This document shows, one piece after another, positions 9,631-21,938 of a stretch of DNA of 64,000 nucleotides (positions are counted from its first letter, which is position 1; each line of letters opens with the position of its first letter). Origin of the DNA: Catajapyx aquilonaris. Taxonomy: Eukaryota. The DNA lies in NCBI GenBank assembly GCA_000934665.2, contig KZ538479.1:1-64000 (forward strand), in the 5' to 3' direction. The notes under the pieces were generated by a model. The model saw only the letters and a list, made by a program, of their open reading frames with translations, made no database searches and was not told the origin of the DNA. Both the position numbers and the translations under genes were made by a program.

Positions 9631-12507
9631 GTAATTATTATTATTATTCACTAGTTGTAACATTGTGTCACTGACTAATAAATAATATAATATTACTTGG
9701 GACAGTGCAAGAGTCTCTAGCAGTCACGAGGAAGCTGACGAGAGTGAAGAGGCATTGGTTTCCGTCTAAGGACCCCAATGGTACCGTTCACTATCCAAAT
9801 GCTAGATACAAAGATGTGACTCCTAAACCTGTCATCTTAAAGCCAACTGATGTTCTCTTCTTCCTATGGACCAGGTAATTTTATATGTAAAAATATACAA
9901 CTTTTATAACTGCGACATTAAAATAACTATCATTTACTTATACTTATTTGAATAATATAGACATTATAGAGTAATAACATAAAATTTACTAATTCAGTAA
10001 ACCATTACCAGGAGGCACATAATAATTACCTAATCTTATTACAAGTCGTCCATATAAAGTATGCAAGCTGACCTTCGGGGCTTCCTAAAGTGACCACTAA
10101 ATTTTTGCGTGCACCAGCAGTTTTATTACGACTTTTGAGCGTGATGTCCCCTTCATCCGTATTAAACTATCCAGTGTGTTCCAACTGATTTGTAGCAATT
10201 TCTTGGGACGAAGTGTCTTATTTTTAATCAATTACTTTGCACACTTTAAGTGGTTATCTTAAATATTAGCTGCTAAAATTAGTCCGAATGGATGCATCTT
10301 GTTAAATTAATTGAACAGTGTTTCGTGGCTTCAACCTTTGACCGTTAGTGCCAGTGGGTCAGAAAGGGATATTTGTAATTTCTTATATTAGGCTATGCTG
10401 ATAATGAATGCTTCTATTAAACCAAATACTATCAGCAAATAATTTTGATAGCCGCTAAAAGTAAATGCTTCATAATGAGCAGCTTAATGCCAAAAATCGC
10501 TAAATACTACTGACATTTTATTTGGAGCATAATGCAATATATTGCAACCCACAACTACTCTAAAATACTGTACATCGTTTACAGGAACAATCTCCAACAA
10601 TACCAAATTTTGAACCCAGACCGTATAATGGACGTGAACAAAACATACTTCTCATCATCGCATCCCACTGTCGTCATTGCGCACGGTTTTACTGAAGATG
10701 GCCTAAACGTGTATTCTCAGAACATGAAGAATGGTCAGTATCTTACTTAACAAAGGCTGCCGGAAGGTGAGAAGCTAATATAATTTATTGCCTGTGACGT
10801 CATTCGAAAATTTGCAGAATTTTTCAAATTGGGAGATTACAATATAATATCGGTGGACTGGGGCCAGGGTGCAGCTGCCCCCTGGTATGGATCAGCAGTC
10901 AAGAATGTCAAAGTGACTGGTGAAAGAACCGGGTCACTTTTGGAGCTTCTGGTCAAACTGGGCGTAACCCACGATAGGCTTCATCTTGTTGGCTTCAGCC
11001 TAGGCGCCCACGTAGTCGGAATCGCCGGAAATAGGCTGAAGAGTGGTTCTGGTTCAGTGGCTCGAATCACTGGTATCATACTCTGCTTTGTATATTCTGC
11101 TTTGCTTATACAGTGTCACCCTTCTATAGATGCTGATACACAGTATTCCTCTTTAAAAAATAGGCTTGGATCCTGCATATCCTGGATTCCAAGACACACC
11201 ATTAGAAGATAGACTGGATCCCAGTGACGCAGAATTTGTGGAGGTTATTCACACCAATGGAGGGAAGCTTATTGAAGGTGGTCTGAGCTTCATAGATAAA
11301 TTGGGACATGCGGATTTTTACCCAAACGGCGGTAGACATCAGCCTGGGTGCGGAAGCGAAATTTCCGATATCTTAAGTAAGTTGTGAAGCGTAAAAAACA
11401 GTATTTTAATTAATGTGCCTATTTTATCAGACCTTTTGGCAAGGCTGCTCTAAATACATTTCTTTCGCTGATATTGCTTTCTGAATACTATCCTTGAGTA
11501 AGCATATAGAATTGGCCAAGATTGGCCCGGGTAAACACTAAAGTCTATACTAATTTTTATTGGAGTTATGTTTACTTGATCCACTTGATCGATAATGTTA
11601 TCTTACTGCGATAATTCGCATAGACATAATTTCCAGTTCACTAAACTATGGCGTGTAATCACATCGTTCTATATATCTCAGAGTGGATTTTAAAGATTGC
11701 GATTACGTGCTAGGTACCGGTACTGTGCTAAAGGCCCAGTTAGATGCAGAAGGCTTTTATATACATTTTACTCATTTGTGACAGATATTAAACTCAAGAT
11801 AGCAGGTGTATTGTTGATTTCTTGAAAATATAGAGGATGAAGTAATATAGCTACATATTTGATTTTAACTTGTAGTCCCACTTGATGTGCACTGAGCTGC
11901 ATTATCATAGGCAGTGAAACTCTCACCTAATAATGTATACTTGTTCATTTGTAGGCGGAGGCTGCAGCCACAGTAGGGCCCCTCAATACTTTATCGAATC
12001 TATCAACTCTCAAGTTGGATTTAGAGGCTGTCCATGCGCTGACTGGGACACCTTTCAGAATGGCAAATGTGACTGCAATTCCACTGTCACTTATATGGGA
12101 GAACCATGTCCTGAAAGGTGAAGCCTCTTCCTGAATTTAAACAACCCTAGAAAAGAATGAAAATTCCTTCATGTTCCAGGCCAGAATATTCAATAAACAG
12201 GCTATTCATTTCAGCTAATTCTCCACTTTCGTTATAACAAATAATTTCGAAAGATTCAGATGTTCACGGATAATGTGTTCCAGGAAATATTATTTTAATA
12301 TTTCTCGATCAACTGGCTCTGGCTTGTTATTATCCAATCTGCCGGGTTCTTTACACGTACATGATCAGTTCGCGATAATACTTATCATATAAGACTAATA
12401 ATAATCATCTGCTTTATTACAGCGCAACAGGGAAGTTTTTCCTTCACACCAAGGACACTCCACCATTTGCAATAGGTTATCAAAAAATTGGCACTAGTCA
12501 GACATAA
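9588..12507 (+). CDS. Secreted pancreatic lipase-family (lipase/phospholipase A1-like) gene, 7 coding exons, 358 aa: join(9588-9630,9706-9874,10585-10733,10818-11072,11164-11376,11955-12117,12423-12507)
   Basis: All six introns are GT..AG with consistent phases, giving a 1077-nt spliced ORF. Motifs: signal-peptide-like MDFRPFLFVAFLLEVQESLA, DVLFFLWTR, IAHGF, NIISVDW, nucleophile elbow HLVGFSLGAHV, RITGLDPA (catalytic Asp), LDPSDAEFVEVIHT, GHADFYPNGG, CSHSR (catalytic His), C-terminal GKFFLHT..PPFA. Confidence 0.95.
9706..9874 (+). CDS. Lipase exon 2
   Basis: Acceptor GACAG ends 9705; open frame VQESLAVTRKLTRVKRHWF...DVLFFLWTR; donor GTAATT at 9875 (phase 2). Confidence 0.85.
10585..10733 (+). 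CDS. Lipase exon 3 (oxyanion-hole HGF region)
   Basis: TTTACAG acceptor; NNLQQYQIL...PTVVIAHGF...MKN; donor GTCAGT at 10734. Confidence 0.93.
10818..11072 (+). CDS. Lipase exon 4 (GFSLG catalytic Ser)
   Basis: TTTGCAG acceptor; DYNIISVDW...HLVGFSLGAHV...ARIT; donor GTATCA at 11073. Confidence 0.95.
11164..11376 (+). CDS. Lipase exon 5 (catalytic Asp, beta9 loop, start of lid)
   Basis: TAG acceptor; GLDPAYP...HTNGG...GHADFYPNGGRHQPGC; donor GTAAGT at 11377. Confidence 0.95.
11955..12117 (+). CDS. Lipase exon 6 (catalytic His)
   Basis: TTTGTAG acceptor; SGGCSHSRAPQYFIESI...MGEPCPE; donor GTGAAG at 12118. Confidence 0.94.
12423..12507 (+). CDS. Lipase exon 7 (terminal)
   Basis: TTATTACAG acceptor; SATGKFFLHTKDTPPFAIGYQKIGTSQT then TAA at 12505-12507. 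Confidence 0.9.
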
Positions 12508-12884
12508 CTTCAATAAGCACACATATGAAAAGCAGAAAGCCCGAAGGAGACATCACTCAAGGAAACTATATAGGCCTATCTGTATTTATGGATCCATACA
12601 TACTGGATTATATTCCATTGCATTTCTTGGAATCCTACAGCATGCTTCCTTCTGGATTAACCTATATACTCTGCGGACATCTCGTAGACTACCTGAACTT
12701 TTTGATAGCGGGATACTCGAAATTATTTTTTTATTTTAAAACGCTGCGGATTATTCATATGCCTGCTACTTTTATTATTATGTCCAGATTTTATGCTCCA
12801 ATTGCACTAGAGGTGCACTGAGAGATTTTCCTTTTCGAAGAAGCACCAACTCCGACAGGGACGTCACTTTTTATACATATTGAT

Positions 12885-12890
12885 AATAAA
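12885..12890 (+). terminator. Candidate polyadenylation signal of the lipase gene
   Basis: AATAAA ~380 nt after the stop codon. Confidence 0.5.
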
Positions 12891-14511
12891 ACTTAATATT
12901 ATTTAAAAGCTCGAGTTCCTACCTATCCAGTTTAACAAAACAAATGTACTTCAAAATCACCCACCCTGTCCACTAACACTACAACAATGGTTCTCTTATC
13001 CGATTACACTAAGCCGCCTTTTCCCTTACTCCAGCTTTTCTATGCCTGTTTTGAAAATATCCGCTCCTGGGGGACATAGAGGGAAATGGATTCCATGGAA
13101 TAAAATTCACACGCATGATGAAGCTTTGGCTCTGGAAGCACGAAAAGAATTAATCAGACCCATCCTCCCCTCCCTCCCTCCTTCCCCACCTCCTAGACTG
13201 TAATGCGCCTATTCATAATCGATAAAATGGGTTTCCATCTGACTTCATTTTCTTATTCCCACCTTCTCGCCCCTACTCCCCCGCCCCCATTTCCCCCCAT
13301 GAAACCCATCTCTCTCGTACAAAACGCTACACAAGTGCATTAAGTCATTGCTATGGTCTGTTGGATCCAGCAGGGATTGGAACAGGAGCTTAGCGCGGGA
13401 TTGCAAAATGTCTTTGAAGATTACTAGATTACTGCCGCAGCGGGAATACGGACCCAAATAGGGGACTGGCTGGGGGGAAAAAATTGGATGCTCGCCCATG
13501 TTACCAAAAAGAAGATTAAAGTAGTTATAGTCTATCGATCTGCATTTAGCGGAGCATAAAAGTAGGCTCTGTGTGTAAGCTCAAAGCGTAATCTGTGCTA
13601 CTTGTGATACACGCATGTTAATATTTTAGATATTACCCTGTACATTGTGTGTGCATAACATTTTGAGAATAAACAATATCCAGTTATGCAACAGTATATA
13701 TATAGAAAGATTTATTACCTGACCACATTGGATGATGATACAAATTATACAGTAGCTTATAATTTAATCAACACATTCAGTGATTGCTAGCAGCGCTCCA
13801 TTTTAATATAATATATGGTAATTACTCAATAGATTGCAAGGATATCTGCTTTTCAACAAAAAAAAAGAGATAACAACAGAAAGTATACGGTATGTTTGAC
13901 GGTGACAGAGTGATGGGTTTAAACTGGTCATGAACTGATCTCTGACGACATCTTCAACCATAGCCTTTCTAACATTCCATAGGTTACAAACAAACAGACC
14001 ACCGGATCAGGAGTCGCCTTCCCTGCTGTTTCCGGATAGTCCGGGCAATAAGTTGCAGCACTGATATTGGCAAACAAGGGTTCTCCGGGATCCAATATTG
14101 ACTCGGGAGACTTCAGCTGGATTTGATGAGCAGATTATGTTTGCACAAAGTTTTTTGACTCTTCTACTCTCTTCACCTCCCCCAAAGCTTTTTCGGCAAG
14201 AGTCGCCTTTCCATTTCAAGTCAAAATCCAAGGCTGCATGCCGGGTAACCCCACCCCGGAAGATCCGGAGTGACAAGCTTGGGTTTCCAGAAAGTTCTCA
14301 TCTTACGTGCATGCTTGGGATTAAGTCTCAGAATTCTATTTTTATAAGCTACAGAATCAAAGCGACCCATTCAAACGTGCCTGGAGGTTTGCGGGAATTA
14401 ATTTTCTGCTAAATGCAACTATTCATTCATTGCGGGAATTTGTGAAGCACTCTATACATTACAGGTCATATTAGATCACTGGAAATCATTTTGATACAAG
14501 TTTCCAATGAA

Positions 14512-14669
14512 CAGTGGCGGTCCAGGGGTTTGGGTCCAGGGGGAGGGGGGTTGTAACCCCCCCCCCCCCNGAGCTTGAACAGCATAAAAAAATTTCGCCT
14601 GCGGCGGGCCTCTTCGTTCTTCCCTCACATAACCCCCCCCCCCTTACCAATTTCCTGGCTACGCCGCTG
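14512..14669. mobile_element. hAT-type MITE
   Basis: TIRs CAGTGGCGGTCCAGG / CCTGGCTACGCCGCTG; 8-bp TSD CCAATGAA (14504-14511, 14670-14677). Confidence 0.88.
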
Positions 14670-15938
14670 CCAATGAACTATTGTATATTAGGAATTTAGC
14701 CTTTGCATATACTGTATATATAAAACATATCATTAGAGTGGCGTGTTTCGATTTCTGATAGCTATAATATTATGTATACTGTGCGTGTTTACAAGTACAA
14801 AAAGACCTCTTCTTGGCAATTCCGCTAAGTGTATATAAAACCATCAAACAGCTTAAGCCTGGTAGGAATTAATATGCTCGTAAATATATCAGAAAATCCG
14901 GGATCATTACCAGACCTCCAAACAAACGTATTATTCCTTTGTCGCTAACCCAAAAAGGAAACATCCTCAGAACTTCCCAGTTCCGCTATATAAGCCGGGC
15001 AGAGTTGATATGGAAGGAAAAGAAGACGTAATGAGAGAGTCTGTCACAAAGCCTTTATGGAGTTAAAGCCCAAAGGCTTCCGAATCGTCCGTCAGTCTCA
15101 CTAACGAGCAGTGTTTCTATGGTGATAAGTTGCAACGTGATCGAAGATGCTTTTTATATGATGTTGGATTCATTCCGAGAGGAAAGGTACAATAATTTCG
15201 TTCTACCTCGCACGTATGTGCAATCATATAAAACCAGAGAAAGGAGTTGGATAGGTATGGATATAATGAGTAGCACCGGTATGTTGGCTGCATTGCGAAG
15301 TATACATCCCGAAAATTTGTGCAAAGCGAATGGCAACCTTGCTCGTCGATACATGAGTTTGACGTCATAGGACCACGCCCAGAATTCGCAACAAAGGCTG
15401 CTTTACCTTCATGGCACATTCTACTCTGGTTTGAAACTTTAGCAAGGGGCGTACCTTGCAAATAGAATATTGCGAAGTACCTTCAGATTACCTGGAAATT
15501 TCATTTCTAAGGAGCACACTTCTCTGTATGTAAAAAAAATAAAAAGTTTGAGGGTTATTTTTTCCTTGCTGAAACCTGAAACTTAGAATTCAAAGCTTGT
15601 TTCTCGGACCCAAACTTGAATCCGAAAGCCTCCTTTTGTTGCAGCGTGATATGAATTTCATGAGAACCGCTACCTCCCCCCCCCCTCCCCACCAACCCGC
15701 TTCTCCCTCCGAAACTGCACTGATGGAAACCGATTCCGCTCCAGTTGGCAACAAAAGGCATCGAATGAAAATGGAATCTGGGTGTCGATCTGCTCCTACC
15801 CAGAGCACTGCGCCTGCCCTGGAATAATATTCACTCCAGCAATATAAGCTTACGCCCTCTCCCTCCATAGTTATAAATGTGAGGCAGACAATTTCATTTA
15901 TCTATAAGCCTATATACATTTGTCATTCATGCAATATA

Positions 15939-16171
15939 CATGGTGTTCCAAATTCGTGGGTCATTCTTGAAAAACTTATATTGCCTGAGAGTAATTATTT
16001 TTTGTTGTTGTGCCCCTATAACCAGGTGCCCCATTCTATAGAAAATGCTATATTAGACCCCATGGGAGTAATGGGGCACATGGTTAGGGCCTTAGGGGCA
16101 CAACAAGCTATAAAAATAACTATCAGGAGATATCAGTTATAAAAAACGACCCACGAATTTGGAACACCCTG
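15939..16171. mobile_element. Tc1/mariner-type MITE
   Basis: TIR CATGGTGTTCCAAATTCGTGGGTC / GACCCACGAATTTGGAACACCCTG, flanked by TA. Confidence 0.88.
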
Positions 16172-16380
16172 TATATGGCAGTACAAGATTATGTGTGCCT
16201 GTATAGTATATGTCTGATTAAGAGCTTCTATTAAGATCATACACAAGATTGTTAAAAAAACTGAACATTGGAAATCTGTATAAGCCGATTAAATGATGAA
16301 TTTATAGACTAGTTTGAAAATAACTTGGGCCTCGAAATATCACATCCATTTTTGTCTTGATTATAGTTTGAAGAAGGTTT

Positions 16381-16590
16381 GTAGGGTCGTGGGTCGTCAG
16401 GTGCTATTCGGAATAAGGTCCCATGTTCGATTCCCGGTAGAGGCTCTCCTGGAGAGTGTGTTGTGTCCTTTCTCTGGGTAAATGGAGTATGCCGTGATAG
16501 TTCAACAGTCCAGTTGTACCGCTTTTAGGGAACATTTTCCAGTTGGAAAAGGGCCAGGAAAGGTTGATGACCTCGTTGTTGATAATAGTC
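16381..16590 (+). mobile_element. Degraded tRNA-derived SINE
   Basis: B-box-like GGTCCCATGTTCGATTCCCGG near 16416-16436; ends uncertain. Confidence 0.45.
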
Positions 16591-17044
16591 AAGAACACAC
16601 TTTTTTCAGCCGGAAAATGTTTTCAGGGAGAGGTGAAACCTAAGTCACAATATTTCCTTTTCTAACAGTTCTTAAATTTATTTTGGAGGGAAAAGGTTAC
16701 CTGATGTAGCTGGCCCTTAAAGTGGCAAAACAGATCCTACTTAATTTAAAATGTGATTTTAAAACTTATGTGATATTCCGCTCACTGCTCTGCACTCCTG
16801 ATTCCGAAACTTCGTCTGCCCTTGTTATGCTAAATGTCGCATTTGATTATGATGTCCGGGAAATGAATAGAAACATTCACTGGGGGATAGAGAGAAACTT
16901 TTCCAATCACACACACGATACACTACAATATTACAAGATTTTACTCGGCTACCAATCTTGTATCGCACATCTGCAATATAAAATTGGTAACATAAATGAT
17001 AATGTATTTTAGGTATATTACAGGATAAAACAATATCCAAAGTG

Positions 17045-17176
17045 GTTATTCTAGCGTAAATCCCACCCGAGACGAAGCCGGAAATATCCTCAAACTCCAC
17101 ACGAGATGACAAAGGGTAGCCCGGGCTTGGGATCGAACACGGGACCTCTCCACTCTGTGCCACTCAGCCTCCCCCC
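17045..17176 (-). mobile_element. Truncated tRNA-derived SINE, related to 52667-52995
   Basis: Minus-strand B-box (GGGATCGAACACGGGACC on +) and shared CACCCGAGACGAAGCC block. Confidence 0.65.
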
Positions 17177-17584
17177 AAGTAACTAATTAACCATAATCGC
17201 AGATCACTAGATTTATTATGCTAGCACCTGCGTATATCAAATACCCCCTCAATTTCACTTGAGTGAGAACAGGATACATGACAATAAAGTGAGGCCGGCG
17301 GTGATTAGGGGAGATGGTCGAGAGCACTGGATACATTTCTCCCTCGAAGGGCTTATAGCCCCATTCACAAATACCTGGATTAAATCAAAGTTAAGCCGGT
17401 TAATTCGGACTTAAAGCCCTTTAGTGAAGTACTAAATGCGTATACATTAACTATATAGTTTGTGTACCTTTCATCCGTATAATGCTGGGCGGCACTTCCA
17501 CTTTACGTGGACTAGCTAATAAACTTATCTATACTGATTTGATATTTGCTAATGCATAAATTCTCACAGAGTACACAATGTGTA

Positions 17585-17659
17585 CTACAAGTAGTCACAC
17601 TTCTTTTCATTAGTATACATGTCATGTATACTAATGAAAAGAAGTGTGACTACTTGTAG
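17585..17659. repeat. Perfect 75-bp palindrome (37-bp arms, 1-nt spacer)
   Basis: CTACAAGTAGTCACACTTCTTTTCATTAGTATACATG-T-CATGTATACTAATGAAAAGAAGTGTGACTACTTGTAG. Confidence 0.95.
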
Positions 17660-19036
17660 CATCTTTTCTTGTTTCGTTTAAGTAGGCCTACGATGTGATG
17701 AAACAAATAGACTAACACTTTTCATACGCTCTGCTGAGCATGTACGTACTGCATTTATTTGCGTGTTAATTGCATTTCAATTTAATTAGTTTGATCCATT
17801 TTTCCCACAAAGTTGGTCGAACCCATAAATATTTAAGGAATTGATTAGATGTTGATTAGAAGTCTATTCCATCGAAAAGTTTGCCAGAAATTATCACTTC
17901 TCTTGATCGTAAAACTCATCATTTTGATCATCCCTGTTGACGCTAATGAAAATGAATGGCTCCCTCGAGGCCATTAGCAAAAGGATATAACTAATAGGAA
18001 AATCATTTTGTGTGCTATAGTCGTCTCCAGCTGCAGAATTTCGCGTTTAGAGCATGGCAGGGGGAGGTTAGATATTTATCAGAGTAGTAGGGGACACCGA
18101 GAGAAGGGGGTAGGGAGAGAGGCTGTGATGTGGGTGATTGAAGCTCCATCAGCAAACGGTTCCCATGCAAAAGCTCGAAAACCGGCGGCAAAAGGCATCA
18201 ACAAATGACTTGGGCCACTTGCTATCGATCTGCTGGATTTTCACTTGCTCTGCAGCCAAAATCCAAGGCCCACAAGCACGATCCATAACTCTACTGTACG
18301 TACTACCCCGCGCAGCTGACCAAGGACTCTATCCATCATAAGCTAGCCTAGTCGATTTAGTATTCAGAGTGGATTCAGCACATATGAGATGAATCAAGAG
18401 AAAATCTTTCACCTTACCATAATCCGTTATATCACATCAAGGTATAAGGGCATGAGTTGATTTAGCCTACCTCTTGATAAGTACTGCGTCTCTTTCTTAT
18501 CCCCGCAAGCTTCTGGTTAGGTCGCTCATTTGCAATACTTTCTCTCCCATCCCCCCAGTGCCTGATGATGAGCCAAACCCCTACTTTTCCCCTTTACATC
18601 CGACCACGGCTTTCAATTAAGCGCTCTGCACACCGGCCTTGTTTGCATTGGCCCGGGGGCGGAGACAGCCAGGCACACAGGTCCAAACCTTGCTTGCTCG
18701 ACTTGTCTGCCACGGGATTTTACACTAATCAGCATGAAATATCATTTAGCTATTTCATGAAATGCGGTTGTGCGTTTCATTCTTCTATATGGATTAGCAG
18801 CTGTCTACAGCTGTTTTTTATATGGTAAGGATTCTTCTCATAATAGACTGCGCAGAATATGACAGCAGCCAAACTCCATAGTCATAATAACATTCTGTCT
18901 ATATCGAGTTATCATCATAAAAATAAGAGATTGAATTATCTCGAAATCAGACAAATGCGACTGATCGTTACGCATTTCAGGTTTCAAACGTATTAGGTGT
19001 GTACAATTAAATTATATTTACTGTCAATACGAACAC

Positions 19037-19038
<2 letters not shown>

Positions 19039-19084
<46 letters not shown>

Positions 19085-19364
19085 TCTTACCCCGTTATCA
19101 GCCTTTTTCGGCTCTTTAGGGGGGATTTTTGTTTTGTCTGGAACTCTTGCTTACATGTTTACTTTTTGCTTTTTGGGATAGGATAGGGAGGGAAGGAGGC
19201 GGCTGTGGCCTTTTAAAATTAGGAAGCAACCCCGGAATTCTCCTGGAGGGACAGTGGGAAACCACAGAAAACCACGGTTAGAGTTGCCGGCCCTGGGGCT
19301 CGAACCCAGAACCTCCCGATTAGCAGTCGGACCCTATAGCCACTCCACCAAACTGCTTCGGTTT
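19039..19364 (-). mobile_element. tRNA(Ser-like)-derived SINE with (TTA)n tail
   Basis: Same head and body as 5525-5755 on the minus strand; (TAA)n at 19038-19084; 15-bp TSD TCAATACGAACACAT (19024-19038, 19365-19379). Confidence 0.9.
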
Positions 19365-21685
19365 TCAATACGAACACATGCGTGTATTCGATGTGTATTT
19401 TGACAGCCAAGTTTTTCTAGTTTGAAAATCAAACTGGGATCCTAAAGTTCCGGGCAGAGATCCTCCACTCTGCAGATGTACTTCAAAAGGGCGGGAATTC
19501 TGAGGTAATATCTGGCATTGAGACGTCCAAATGGGCTTCGGGAATGGCGACTTGGGGAGGGGAGAGAAGGAGGAGGGGATGGAAGAGGGGTAAAGTTTGG
19601 ATCTAATTGATCGTCTTCTCGGAGGGAAAGGTGTTCATGAATACTCAATTAGCTGGCTCTTGACTGTGCGACAACTCCCCTTCTCCGAACCGACTCATGA
19701 TCTACCCATGCCTTCCCTAAAAGTTTATTTCAACAGCGATGACTTACGTCTGCAATGCGACATCTGGGTTTCTCGCAGTATACTATATTGTTCAGAATAC
19801 ATTGCGCCCATCTTGTACCCCCCTCCATCTTTCCATCCCCTTCCACTTGGTACAACCAGAAGTGGATGCTTAATCGGTGGTAGGTGAAAGCCGATGCTGG
19901 TATCACGTCAGGTCTCATTCCAACCTCCATTCATCACGCGACTTGTGGCGGGAAATTCGTCCAATGTCACTTATAAACACTGAAGGAGCAAAACCCTTGG
20001 AAAGGCGGGAAAAGAGAATTCGGCTCCAAACGAGGAGAAAATCCGGGCAAATGTCTTTAAGGCTGTTCCGGGGGCTTTTCCCCCGGAGGGAGATACGATT
20101 CGCCTTCATCCCAGAGGATCTCCAGGGAGGGCTTCCCGGATTTTGTTGCTCCGGTGGCCCCCCCCCNGACTACCCCCCGACCCCCCCTATCCAACCTCTT
20201 TCCCCCTGATGCAGTTTCAGCCGACGAATCGCCCTCTTGGGATCCAAAGACACACACTGAATCAACAGGTACTATATACACTGAGGTGTAAGTGTGAGGG
20301 TTCAACAACTGGATCTTCAGGTGGGTTATAGTTGCTAATACTCTGAAAATTCCGATGGAATCCAGAAGCAATATAAGCTATTCAATATCACGAAGTACAG
20401 TGACGTTTACAGACAATGCAAATGTAGTTTTTTACCTATCAACAGCACTAATCATCTTATGTTGCAACATTAAATTTTACACTCGTATTATTGTTTAAAA
20501 TTGGGAATAGAAAGTAACAGTTTGTGTTCTTTCTTTAGCGCTCTTGTTTCCAAACTTTGGGTGGCTGCGACCCACTTTTTGCATTATAATTGGACAGAAA
20601 CTTCGTACTCGGCTAAGTTTTCTTGACATATCGCCCTAACTTTTATTTCCTAATTACACCGCTGCAAACTTACAACGTCTTCATTAATTTTTGGGGGATT
20701 CATTATTACAATTAGCTATTATGGACTTAATGAGTTTGATGCAATACCACCGTTTCATCGCATTTGATCTCGGCAATAAATTAAAGCAACACTATCCAGA
20801 TATGCCCATTCAAGACATGCCAAAAATTTTACGTCGTGCCTGGCACGTGATGCAGTAAATGCAGCTGCTTGGGGGAAACAATAGGGCATTGTTGATTGGT
20901 TGCAAAGTCTTGGGTCCCCAGCAGAAAATCCATCAGCTGGCAAACGATTTAGCAATTTGCTAATGGCGCCTGGATGGAGATGTCCCTTCTCCCTGGTCGA
21001 GCAAAAACCGGAGTAGGGGGGAGGGGGGGGGGGTTGGAGACAGGGTGTGGGTGGGAGTTGGCGGGGTTGCAGGGGAAGGTGGGGGAGGAAATTACACTCG
21101 GCTCGAAATATGAAGGCGATTTGTTTTCCCCAGACTGAAGAGTTAACTGTTGGGGGGGACAACCCCATAATGAAAGACCATTTGCTAAATGGGCCGAAGG
21201 GGACTCGGACCATCCACAATGGAGGTGTAAACGAGGCACGTTTTTGGAACTTGAGTTTACTGCAACAATAACTGGAATCAACTGGAGCAACAATAGCTGG
21301 AGACTTGCAATGCAAGGTGCGCGTCAGTGATTTGTCGATAAAGGTTTAGAAGATGAATGGTGCTCTATTTGGTCAGTTTGACGGTTTTGGCATAAAACCA
21401 GTCGTTGGCAACTATTTTCGATGGAGTTAATTTCCTTGTAATTCAAAGCAGTACAATTCCGAATCGATCAAGTGAGTCGTGGCCTGAAAATATAGGGGCC
21501 TACAGTGAAGTACCAGGAGGCCCATTCATATGGACTATTAAAATATATTACCTAATAGTGAACCTTTCGAATGATGTCGTTGGGTTTAATGTTATAGTGC
21601 ATGATTCACAAGTCAATTACAATGGGGTGAATGACTTTGAACAACCAGGTAAAGTGTGCTTTAAGATTACAATGAAACTCTAAGG

Positions 21686-21938
21686 TAGTGCTTCCCAAAT
21701 TGTGGGTCGCGACCCGATTTGGGGTCGCGAAAATAATATTTGTGGTCGCGAGGGAGGGAAACCAATTATTTTCACAAAATGATGCTATCTTTCTTGAAAA
21801 TCATGACCATAAGGTAAGGACATTTCACTGTTTACCTGTCTTTTCTTGTTGGCGGATCGAAATGTGCACATACAGGGGGTCGCAAATTTTACGAGACGAT
21901 TTGTTTGGGTCGCTAACGAAAGAAATTGGGACTCACTG
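21686..21938. mobile_element. hAT (Buster/Charlie-type) MITE
   Basis: Termini TAGTGCTTCCCAAATT / AATTGGGACTCACTG, internal GGGTCGC repeats, 8-bp TSD CTCTAAGG with central TA. Confidence 0.9.

Noticed and set aside
12488..12821. ORFs after the lipase stop as a C-terminal PLAT domain
   Set aside because: An in-frame TAA at 12505 follows a typical insect lipase C-terminus, and the downstream ORFs show no PLAT resemblance; likely 3' UTR.
18560..18600. Hammerhead ribozyme core (CTGATGA)
   Set aside because: No matching GAAA with flanking stems was found here or at the other CTGANGA sites inspected.
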